Source of the DNA: Eutreptiella sp. 'Long Island Sound 2002'
Lineage: Eukaryota; Protista; Euglenida
DNA length: 64,000 nucleotides
Assembly (NCBI GenBank): GCA_964036045.1
Contig: OZ038378.1
Coordinates: 183,582,001 to 183,646,000 of the forward strand
Direction: 5' to 3'
In this document: positions 1 through 12,000 of the stretch, piece after piece
Layout of the letters: every line of letters begins with the position of its first letter
How positions within the stretch are numbered: the stretch's first letter is position 1
Notes under the pieces: generated by a model
What the model was told of the DNA's origin: nothing
Databases searched by the model: none
What the model saw: the letters and a program-made list of their open reading frames with translations, nothing else
Made by a program: the position numbers and the translations under genes

Positions 1-3000
1 ACTTTTTTCCCACTTCTGGGCCACTTCTGATTTTTCCCCCTGCTCTGAAGCGGCGGGGATCCCCGATACGGCAGGAGTGAGGTAGCCACTTTGCCCACTT
101 GTGGGCCACTTCTGATTTTGCCCCCCGCTCTGAAGCGGCGGGGATCCCCGATACGGCAGGGGTGAGGTAGCCAATTTGCCCACTTGTGGGCCACTTCTGA
201 TTTTGCCCCCCGCTCTGCAGCGGCGGGGATCCCCGATACGGCAGGTGTGAGGTAGCCACTTTGCCCACTTGTGGGCCACTTCTGATTTTGCCCCCCGCTC
301 TGAAGCGGCGGGGATCCCCGATACGGCAGGGGTGAGGTAGCCACTTTGCCCACTTGTGGGCCACTTCTGATTTTGCCCCCCGCTCTGCAGCGGCGGGGAT
401 CCCCGATACGGCAGGGGTGAGGTAGCCACCTTGCCCACTTGTGGGCCACTTCTGATTTTGCCCCCCGCTCTGCAGCGGCGGGGATCCCCGATACGGCAGG
501 GGTGAGGTAGCCACTTTGCCCACTTGTGGGCCACTTCTGATGTTGCCCCCCGCTCTGCAGCGGCAGGTTTCCCCGATACGGCAGGGGTGAGGTAGCCACT
601 TTGCCCACTTGTGGGCCACTTCTGATTTTGCCCCCCGCTCTGCAGCGGCGGGGATCCCCGATATGGCAAGGGTGAGGTAGCCACTTTGCCCACTTGTGGG
701 CCACTCCTGATTTTGCCCCCCGCTCTACAGCGGCAAGGATCCCCGATACGGCAGGGGTGAGGTAGCCACTTTGTTCACTTGTGGGCCACTTCTGATTTTG
801 CCCCCCGCTCTGCAGCGGCGGGGATCCCCGATACGGCAGGGGTGAGGTAGCCACTTTTTCCCCACTTCTGGGCCACTTCTGATTTTGCCCCCCGCTCTGA
901 AGCGGCGGGGATCCCCGATACGGCAGGGGTGAGGTAGCCACTTTGCCCACTTGTGGGCCACTTCTGATTTTCCCCCGGCTCTGAAGCGGCGGGGATCCCC
1001 GATACGGCAGGGGTGAGGTAGCCACTTTGCCCACTTGTGGGCCACTTCTGATTTTTCCCCCGGCTCTGAAGCGGCGGGGATCCCCGATACGGCAGGGGTG
1101 AGGTAGCCACTTTGTTCACTTGTGGGCCACTTCTGATTTTGCCCCCCGCTCTGCAGCGGCGGGGATCCCCGATACGGCAGGGGTGAGGTAGCCACTTTTT
1201 CCCCACTTCTGGGCCACTTCTGATTTTGCCCCCCGCTCTGCAGCGGCGGGGATCCCCGATACGGCAGGGGTGAGGTAGCCACTTTGCCCACTTGTGGGCC
1301 ACTTCTGATTTTGCCCCCCGCTCTGAAGCGGCGGGGATCCCCGATACGGCAGGGGTGAGGTAGCCACTTTGCCCACTTGTGGGCCACTTCTGATTTTGGC
1401 CCCCGCTCTGCAGCGGCGGGGATCCCCGATACGGCAGGGGTGAGGTAGCCACCTTGCCCACTTGTGGGCCACTTCTGATTTTGCCCCCCGCTCTGCAGCG
1501 GCAGGTTTCCCCGATACGGCAGGGGTGAGGTAGCCACTTTGCCCACTTGTGGGCCACTTCTGATTTTGCCCCCCGCTCTGCAGCGGCGGGGATCCCCGAT
1601 ATGGCAAGGATGAGGTAGCCACTTTGCCCACTTGTGGGCCACTCCTGATTTTGCCCCCCGCTCTACAGCGGCAAGGATCCCCGATACGGCAGGGGTGAGG
1701 TAGCCACTTTGTTCACTTGTGGGCCACTTCTGATTTTGCCCCCCGCTCTGCAGCGGCGGGGATCCCCGATACGGCAGGGGTGAGGTAGCCACTTTTTCCC
1801 CACTTCTGGGCCACTTCTGATTTTGCCCCCCGCTCTGAAGCGGCGGGGATCCCCGATACGGCAGGGGTGAGGTAGCCACTTTGCCCACTTGTGGGCCACT
1901 TCTGATTTTCCCCCGGCTCTGAAGCGGCGGGGATCCCCGATACGGCAGGGGTGAGGTAGCCACTTTGCCCACTTGTGGGCCACTTCTGATTTTTCCCCCG
2001 GCTCTGAAGCGGCGGGGATCCCCGATACGGCAGGGGTGAGGTAGCCACTTTGCCCACTTGTGGGCCACTTCTGATTTTGCCCCCCGCTCTGCAGCGGCGG
2101 GGATCCCCGATACGGCATGGGTGAGGTAGCCACTTCCGATTTTGCCGCCCGCTCCGCAGCGGCAGGGATCCCCGATACGTTAGGGGTGAGGTAGCCACTT
2201 TGCCCACTTGTGGGCCATTTCTGATTTTGCCCCCCGCTCTACAGCGGCAAGGATCCCCAATATGGCAGGGGTGAGGTAGCCACTGTGCCCACTTGTGGGC
2301 CACTTCTGATTTTGCCCCCCGCTCTGAACCGGCGGGGATCCCAGATACGGCAGGGGTGAGGTAGCCACTTTGCCCACTTGTGGGCCACTTCTGATTTTGC
2401 CCCCCGCTCTGAAGCGGCGGGGATCCCCGATACGGCAGGGGTGAGGTAGCCACTTTGCCCACTTGTGGGCCACTTCTGATTGTGCCCCCCGCTCTGCAGC
2501 GGCGGGGATCCCCAATACGGCAGGGGTGAGGTAGCCACTTTGCCCACTTGTGGGCCACTTCTGATTTTGCCCCCCGCTCCGAAGCGGTGGGGATCCCCGA
2601 TACGGCAGGGGTGAGGTAGCCACTTTGCCCACTTGTGGGCCACTTCTGATTTTGCCCCCCGCTCTGAGGCGCGGGGGATCCCCGATACGGCAGGGGTGAG
2701 GTAGCCACTTTGCCCACTTGTGGGCCACTTCTGATTTTGCCCCCCGCTCTGCAGCGGCGGGGATCCCCGATACGGCAGGGGTGAGGTAGCCAGTTTGCCC
2801 ACTTGTGGGCCACTTCTGATTTTGCCCCCCGCTCTGCAGCGACAGGGATCCCCGTTACGGCAGGGGTGAGGTAGCCAATTTGCCCACTTGTGGGCCACTT
2901 CTGATTTTGCCCCCCGCTCTGCAGCGGCAGGGATCCCCGTTACGGCAGGGGTGAGGTAGCCAATTTGCCCACTTGTGGGCCACTTCTGATTTTGGGTTCC

Positions 3001-6000
3001 GCTCTGAAGCGGCGGGGATCCCCGATACGGCACGGGTGAGGTAGCCACTTTGCCCACTTGTGGGCCACTTCTGATTTTGCCCCCCGCTCCGAAGCGGTGG
3101 GGATCCCCGATACGGCAGGGGTGAGGTAGCCACTTTGCCCACTTGTGGGCCACTTCTGATTTTGCCCCCCGCTCTGAAGCGCGGGGGATCCCCGATACGG
3201 CAAGGGTGAGGTAGCCACTTTGCCCACTTGTGGGCCACTTCTGATTTTGCCCCCCGCTCTGCAGCGGCGGGGATCCCCGATACGGCAGGGGTGAGGTAGC
3301 CACTTTGCCCACTTGTGGGCCACTTCTGATTTTGCCCCCCGCTCTGCAGCGGCAGGGATCCCCGTTACGGCAGGGCTGAGGTAGCCAATTTGCCCACTTG
3401 TGGGCCACTTCTGATTTTGCCCCCCGCTCTGCAGCGGCAGGGATCCCCAACACGGCCGGGGTGAGGTAGCCACTTTGCCCACTTGTGGGCCACTTCTGAT
3501 TTTGCCCCCCGCTATGAAGGGGCGGGGATCCCCGATACGGCAGGGGTGATCTAGCCACTTTGCCCTCTTGTGGGCCACTTCTGATTTTGCCCCCCGCTCT
3601 GAAGCGGCAGGGATCCCCGATACGGCAGGGGTGAGGTAGCCAACTTGCCCACTTGTGGGCCACTTCTGATTGTGCCCCCCACTCTGCAGCGGCGGGGATG
3701 CCCGATACGGCAGGGGTGAGGTAGCCAATTTGCCCACTTGTGGGCCACTTCTGATTTTGCACCCCGCTCTGAAGCGGCGGGGATCCCCCATACGGCAGAG
3801 GTGAGGTAGCCAATTTGCCCACTTGTGGGCCACTTCTCATTTTGCCCCCCGCTCTGCAGCGGCAGGGATCCCCGTTACGGCAGGGCTGAGGTAGCCAATT
3901 TGCCCACTTGTGGGCCACTTCTGATTTTGCCCCCCGCTCTGCAGCGGCAGGGATCCCCAACACGGCCGGGGTGAGGTAGCCACTTTGCCCACTTGTGGGC
4001 CACTTCTGATTTTGCCCCCCGCTATGAAGGGGCGGGGATCCCCGATACGGCAGGGGTGATCTAGCCACTTTGCCCTCTTGTGGGCCACTTCTGATTTTGC
4101 CCCCCGCTCTGAAGCGGCAGGGATCCCCGATACGGCAGGGGTGAGGTAGCCAACTTGCCCACTTGTGGGCCACTTCTGATTGTGCCCCCCACTCTGCAGC
4201 GGCGGGGATGCCCGATACGGCAGGGGTGAGGTAGCCAATTTGCCCACTTGTGGGCCACTTCTGATTTTGCACCCCGCTCTGAAGCGGCGGGGATCCCCCA
4301 TACGGCAGAGGTGAGGTAGCCAACTTGCCCACTTGTGGGCCACTTCTCATTTTGCCCCCCGCTCTGCAGCGGCGGGGATCCCCAATACAGCAGGGGTGAG
4401 GTAGCCAATTTGCCCACTTGTGGGCCACTTGTGATTTTGCCCCCCGCTCTGAAGCAGCGGGGATCCCCGATACGGCAGGGGTGAGGTAGCCACTTTGCCC
4501 ACTTTTGGGCCACTTCTGATTGTGCCCCCCGCTCTGCAGCGGCGGGGATCCCCAATACGGCAGGGGTGAGGTAGCCACTTTGCCCACTTGTGGGCCACTT
4601 CTGATTTTGCCCCCCGCTCCGAAGCGGTGGGGATCCCCGATACGGCAGGGGTGAGGTAGCCACTTTGCCCACTTGTGGGCCACTTCTGATTTTGCCCCCC
4701 GCTCTGAAGCGCGGGGGATCCCCGATACGGCAGGGGTGAGGTAGCCACTTTGCCCACTTGTGGGCCACTTCTGATTTTGCCCCCCGCTCTGCAGCGGCGG
4801 GGATCCCCAATACGGCAGGGGTGAGGTAGCCACTTTGCCCACTTGTGGGCCACTTCTGATTTTGCCCCCCGCTCTGCAGCGACAGGGATCCCCGTTACGG
4901 CAGGGGTGAGGTAGCCAATTTGCCCACTTGTGGGCCACTTCTGATTTTGCCCCCCGCTCTGCAGCGGCAGGGATCCCCGTTACGGCAGGGGTGAGGTAGC
5001 CAATTTGCCCACTTGTGGGCCACTTCTGATTTTGCGTTCCGCTCTGAAGCGGCGGGGATCCCCGATACGGCACGGGTGAGGTAGCCACTTTGCCCACTTG
5101 TGGGCCACTTCTGATTTTGCCCCCCGCTCCGAAGCGGTGGGGATCCCCGATACGGCAGGGGTGAGGTAGCCACTTTGCCCACTTGTGGGCCACTTCTGAT
5201 TTTGCCCCCCGCTCTGAAGCGCGGGGGATCCCCGATACGGCAAGGGTGAGGTAGCCACTTTGCCCACTTGTGGGCCACTTCTGATTTTGCCCCCCGCTCT
5301 GCAGCGGCAGGGATCCCCGTTACGGCAGGGCTGAGGTAGCCAATTTGCCCACTTGTGGGCCACTTCTGATTTTGCCCCCCGCTCTGCAGCGGCAGGGATC
5401 CCCAACACGGCCGGGGTGAGGTAGCCACTTTGCCCACTTGTGGGCCACTTCTGATTTTGCCCCCCGCTATGAAGGGGCGGGGATCCGCGATACGGCAGGG
5501 GTGATCTAGCCACTTTGCCCTCTTGTGGGCCACTTCTGATTTTGCCCCCCGCTCTGAAGCGGCAGGGATCCCCGATACGGCAGGGGTGAGGTAGCCAACT
5601 TGCCCACTTGTGGGCCACTTCTGATTGTGCCCCCCACTCTGCAGCGGCGGGGATGCCCGATACGGCAGGGGTGAGGTAGCCAATTTGCCCACTTGTGGGC
5701 CACTTCTGATTTTGCACCCCGCTCTGAAGCGGTGGGGATCCCCGATACGGCAGGGGTGAGGTAGCCAATTTGCCCACTTGTGGGCCACTTCTGATTTTGC
5801 ACCCCGCTCTGAAGCGGCGGGGATCCCCCATACGGCAGAGGTGAGGTAGCCAATTTGCCCACTTGTGGGCCACTTCTCATTTTGCCCCCCGCTCTGCAGC
5901 GGCGGGGATCCCCAATACAGCAGGGGTGAGGTAGCCAATTTGCCCACTTGTGGGCCACTTGTGATTTTGCCCCCCGCTCTGAAGCAGCGGGGATCCCCGA

Positions 6001-9000
6001 TACGGCAGGGTTGAGGTAGCCACTTTGCCCACTTGTGGGCCACTTCTGATTGTGCCCCCCGCTCTGCAGCGGCGGGGATCCCCAATACGGCAGGGGTGAG
6101 GTAGCCACTTTGCCCACTTGTGGGCCACTTCTGATTTTGCCCCCCGCTCCGAAGCGGTGGGGATCCCCGATACGGCAGGGGTGAGGTAGCCACTTTGCCC
6201 ACTTGTGGGCCACTTCTGATTTTGCCCCCCGCTCTGAAGCGCGGGGGATCCCCGATACGGCAGGGGTGAGGTAGCCACTTTGCCCACTTGTGGGCCACTT
6301 CTGATTTTGCCCCCCGCTCTGCAGCGGCGGGGATCCCCGATACGGCAGGGGTGAGGTAGCCACTTTGCCCACTTGTGGGCCACTTCTGATTTTGCCCCCC
6401 GCTCTGCAGCGACAGGGATCCCCGTTACGGCAGGGGTGAGGTAGCCAATTTGCCCACTTGTGGGCCACTTCTGATTTTGCCCCCCGCTCTGCAGCGGCAG
6501 GGATCCCCGTTACGGCAGGGGTGAGGTAGCCAATTTGCCCACTTGTGGGCCACTTCTGATTTTGCACCCCGCTCTGAAGCGGCGGGGATCCCCCATACGG
6601 CAGAGGTGAGGTAGCCAATTTGCCCACTTGTGGGCCACTTCTCATTTTGCCCCCCGCTCTGCAGCGGCGGGGATCCCCAATACAGCAGGGGTGAGGTAGC
6701 CAATTTGCCCACTTGTGGGCCACTTGTGATTTTGCCCCCCGCTCTGAAGCAGCGGGGATCCCCGATACGGCAGGGGTGAGGTAGCCACTTTGCCCACTTG
6801 TGGGCCACTTCTGATTGTGCCCCCCGCTCTGCAGCGGCGGGGATCCCCAATACGGCAGGGGTGAGGTAGCCACTTTGCCCACTTGTGGGACACTTCTGAT
6901 TTTGCCCCCCGCTCCGAAGCGGTGGGGATCCCCGATACGGCAGGGGTGAGGTAGCCACTTTGCCCACTTGTGGGCCACTTCTGATTTTGCCCCCCGCTCT
7001 GAAGCGCGGGGGATCCCCGATACGGCAGGGGTGAGGTAGCCACTTTGCCCACTTGTGGGCCACTTCTGATTTTGCCCCCCGCTCTGCAGCGGCGGGGATC
7101 CCCGATACGGCAGGGGTGAGGTAGCCACTTTGCCCACTTGTGGGCCACTTCTGATTTTGCCCCCCGCTCTGCAGCGACAGGGATCCCCGTTACGGCAGGG
7201 GTGAGGTAGCCAATTTGCCCACTTGTGGGCCACTTCTGATTTTGCCCCCCGCTCTGCAGCGGCAGGGATCCCCGTTACGGCAGGGGTGAGGTAGCCAATT
7301 TGCCCACTTGTGGGCCACTTCTGATTTTGCGTTCCGCTCTGAAGCGGCGGGGATCCCCGATACGGCAGGGTTGAGGTAGCCACTTTGGCCACTTGTGGGC
7401 CCCTTCTGATTGTGCCCCCCGCTCTGCAGCGGCGGGGATCCCCAATACGGCAGGGGTGAGGTAGCCACTTTGCCCACTTGTGGGCCACTTCTGATTTTGC
7501 CCCCCGCTCCGAAGCGGTGGGGATCCCCGATACGGCAGGGGTGAGGTAGCCACTTTGCCCACTTGTGGGCCACTTCTGATTTTCCCCCCCGCTCTGAAGC
7601 GCGGGGGATCCCCGATACGGCAGGGGTGAGGTAGCCACTTTGCCCACTTGTGGGCCACTTCTGATTTTGCCCCCCGCTCTGAAGCGGTGGGGATCCTGGA
7701 TACGGCAGGGTGAGGTAGCCAATTTGCCCACTTGTGGGCCACTTCTGATTTTGCCCCCCGCTGTGCAGCGACGGGGATCCTCGATACGGCAGGGGTGAGG
7801 TAGCCACTTTGCCCACTTGTGGGCCACTTCTGATTTTGCCCCCCGCTCTGAAGCAGTGGGGATCCCCGATACGGCAGGTGTGAGGTAGCCACTTTGCCCA
7901 CTTGTGGGCCACTTCTGATTTTGCCCCCCGCTCTGAAGCGCGGGGGATCCCCGATACGGCAGGGGTGAGGTACCCCCTTCCCCACTTGTGGGCCACTTCT
8001 GATTTTGCCCCCCGCTCTGCAGCGGCGGGGATCCCCGATACGGCAGGGGTGAGGTAGCCACTTTGCCCACTTGTGGGCCACTTCTGATTTTGCCCCCCGC
8101 TCTGAAGCTGCGGGGATCCCCGATGCCACAGGGGTGAGGTAGCCACTCTGCCCACTTCTGGGCCACTTCTGATTTTGCCCCCCGCTCTGCAGCGGCGGGA
8201 ATCCCCGATACGGCAGGGGTGAGGTAGCCCATTTGCCCACTTGTGGGCCACTTCTGATTTTGCCCCCCGCTCTGCAGCGGCGGGGATCCCCAACACGTTA
8301 GGGGTGAGGTAGCCAATTTGCCCACTTGTGAGCCACTTCCGATTTCCCCCCCCGCTCTGAAGCGGCGGGGATCCCCGATACGGCAGGGGTGAGGTAGCCA
8401 ATTTGCCCACTTGTGGGCCACTTCTGATTTTGCCCCCCGCTCTGCAGCGGCGGGGATCCCCGATAAGGCAGGGGTGAGGTAGCCAATTTGCCCACTTGTG
8501 GGCCACTTCTGATTTTGCCCCCCGCTCTGAAGCGGCGGGGATCCCCGATACGGCAGGGGTGAGGTAGCCGATTTGCCCACCTTTGGGCCACTTCTGATTT
8601 TGCCCCCCGCTCTGAAGCGGCGGGAATCCCCGATACGGCAGGGGTGAGGTAGCCAATTTGCCCACTTGTGGGCCACTTCTGATTTTGCCCCCCGCTCTGC
8701 AGCGGCGGGGATCCCCGATACGGCAGGGGTGAGGTAGCCAATTTGGGCACTTGTGGGCCACTTCCGATTTTGCCCCCCGCTCTGAAGCGGCGGGGATCCC
8801 CGATACGGCAGGGGCGAGGTAGCCAATTTGCCCACTTGTGCGCCACTTCTGATTTTGCCCCCCGCTCTGCAGCGGTGGGGATCCCCGATACGGCAGGGGT
8901 GAGGTAGCCACTTTGCCCACTTGTGGGCCACTTCTGATTTTGCCCCCCGCTCTGCAGCGGTGGGGATCCCCGATACGGCAGGGGTGAGGTAGCCACTTTG

Positions 9001-9080
9001 CCCACTTGTGGGCCACTTCTGATTTTGCCCCCCGCTCTGCAGCGGTGGGGATCCGCGATACGGCAGGGGTGCGGTAGCCA
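1..9080. repeat. 85-bp GC-rich tandem satellite, ~107 monomers, continuing off the left edge
   Basis: Seen directly. Consensus monomer CCCACTTGTGGGCCACTTCTGATTTTGCCCCCCGCTCTGCAGCGGCGGGGATCCCCGATACGGCAGGGGTGAGGTAGCCACTTTG counts to 85 nt and repeats head-to-tail with point variants and occasional short-deletion monomers. Confidence 0.98.
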
Positions 9081-12000
9081 TCTGAGTAACGATCTAGAGC
9101 CCAGCAAAAAATAACAGCAACCTTCCAAGACCCATTAGGAATTAACAACAACTATCCACAGCCCGTCAGGAATGAACAGCATCCATCCACAGCTTGTCAG
9201 GAAATTACAGCAACCATGCAGAGCCCATCATGAATTAAGAGCAACCATCCAGAGCCCATCAAGAAGTATCAGCAACCATCCACAGCCCATCACGAATTTG
9301 CAGATACCATCCAGGGCCCTCAGGAATAAACAACAACCATCCAAAGCCCATCAAGAAACAACAGCATCCGTCCAGAGCCCATCAGGAATAAACAACAACT
9401 ATCCAGAGCCCATCAAGAATAAACAACAACCATCTAGAGCGCATCAGGAATAAACAGCAACGATCCGGAGCCCATCAGGAAATTACAGCAACCATCCAAA
9501 GCCCATCAAGAATGAACAACAACCATCCAGAGCTCATCAGCGAGTAACAGCGACCATGTACGCCCCATCAAGAATAAACAACAACCATTCAGACCCCATC
9601 AAGAATAAACAGCAACCATCCAAAGCCCATCAAGAATAAACAACAACAATCCAGAGCCCATCGGGAATAAGCAGCAACCATCCAGAGCCCATCACGAATA
9701 AACACCAACCATCCAGAGCCCATCAGGAATAAACAACAACCATCCAGAGCCCATCACGAGTTTACAGCAACCATCTAGAGCTCATCAGGAATAAACAACA
9801 ACCATTCAAAGCCCATCAGGAAATAACAGCATCCATCCAGAGCCCATCAGGAATAAACAGCAACCATCCAAAGCCCATCAGGAAGTCACAGCAACGATCC
9901 AGAGCCCATCAATAAGTAAGAGCAACCATCTGAAGCCCACGAGGAAGTAACTGTAACGATCCACAGCCGATCAGGAATAAATAGCAACCATCCAGAGCCC
10001 ATCAGGAATAAACAACAACCATTCTCAGCCCATCAGGAATAAACAACAACCATCCAGAGCACATTAGGAAATTACAGCAACCATCCAGAGCCCATTTGAA
10101 ATAAACAGCAACCATCCGGAGCACACCACGAATCAACAGCAACGATGCAGAGCCCATCAAGAAGTAACAGCAACGATCCAGAGCCCATCAGGAATGAACA
10201 ACAACCATCCAGAGCCCATCAGGAATGAGCATCAACCATCCAGAGCCCATCACGGATGAAGAACAACCATCCAGAGCACACCACAAATGAACAACAACCA
10301 TCCAGAGCCCATCAAGAATAAACAACAACCATACAGAGCCCATCAAGAATAAACAACAACCATCCAAAGCCCATGAGGAATAAACAACAACCATCCAGAG
10401 CCCATCACGAATAAACAGCAACCATCTAGAGCGCATCACGAATAAACAACAACCATCCAAAGCCCATCACGAATTTACAAATACCATCCAGAGCCCATGA
10501 GGAAATTACAGCAACGATCTAGAGCCCATCACGAGTAAACAACAACCATTCAGAGCCCATCAGGAAATAACAGCATCCATTCAGAGCCCATCAAGAATAC
10601 CCAACCACCATCCAAAGCCCACCAGGAATTAACAGCAACGATCCAGAGCCCATCCGGACGTAATAGCAACCATCTAGAGCCCATCAGGAAGTAATTGTAA
10701 CGATCCAGAGCGCGTCAGGAATAAACACCAACCATGTAGAGCCCATCAGGAATGAACAGCAACCATCCAGAGCCCATCAAGAATAAACAACATCCATCCA
10801 AAGCCCATCAGGAATAAACGACAACCATCCAGAGCCCATCAGGAATAAACAGCAACCATCGAGAGCCCATCATGAATTCACAGCAACCATCCAGAGCCCA
10901 TCAGGAATAAACAACAACCATCAAGAGCCCATCACGAATTTACAGCAACCATCCAGAGCTCATCAGGAATAAACAGCAACCATCCAAAGCCCATCAGGAA
11001 TAAACAACAGCCATCCACGGCCCATCAGGAATAAACAGCAACCATCGAGAGCCCGTGAGGAAATTGCAGCAACCATCCAGAGCCCATCACTGCATCAGGA
11101 ATAAACAACAACCATCCAGAGCCCATCAAGAATAACCGGCAACCATCCAGAGCCTATCTGGAAATAACAGCAACCATGCAGAGCCCATCACGGATTAACA
11201 GCAACGATCCAGAGCCCGTTAGTAAGTAATAGCAACCACCTGAAGCCCATCAGGAAGTAACTGTACCCATCCAAAGCCCATCAGGAATAAACAGCAACCA
11301 TCCAGAGCCCATCAGGAATAAACAGCAACCATCCACAGCCCATCACGAATAAACAACAACCATTCAGCGCCCATCAGGAATAAACAGCGAGCCCATCAGG
11401 AATAAGCAACAACCATCCGGAGCACATCAGGAAATTACAGCAACAACCATCCACAGCCCATCAAGAACAAACAGCAACCTTCCAAAGGCCATCCGGAAGT
11501 AATAGCAACCATCTAGAGCCCATCAAGAATAAACAACCACCATCCAGAGCCCATTAGGAATAAACAACAACCATCCAGAGGCCATCGGGAATAAACCGCA
11601 ACCATCCAGAACCAAATAGGGATAAACAACAACCATCCAAAGCCCATCACAAATTTACAGATACCATCCAGAGCCCATCAGGAATAAACAACAAACATCC
11701 AGAGCCCTTCAGGAATCAACATCAACCATCTAGAGCGCATCAAGAACTAACAGCAACCATCCAAAGCCCATCAGGAAGTTACGGAAACCATCCATAGCCC
11801 ACGAGGAATGAACAGCAACCATCCAGAGCCCATCAGGAAATTACAGCAACGAACTAGATCCCATCAAGAATAAACAACAACCAATTCAGAGCCCATCAGG
11901 AAATAACAACATCCATCCAGAGCCCATCAGGAATAAACAACAACCATCCAGAGCCCATCACAAATGAACAACAACCATCCAGAGCCCATCACGAATTTAC

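Noticed and set aside
725-9151. Very long minus-strand ORFs (up to 1191 aa) as protein-coding genes
   Set aside because: They are translations of the 85-bp satellite, overlapping in all three frames; kept only as a low-interest observation.
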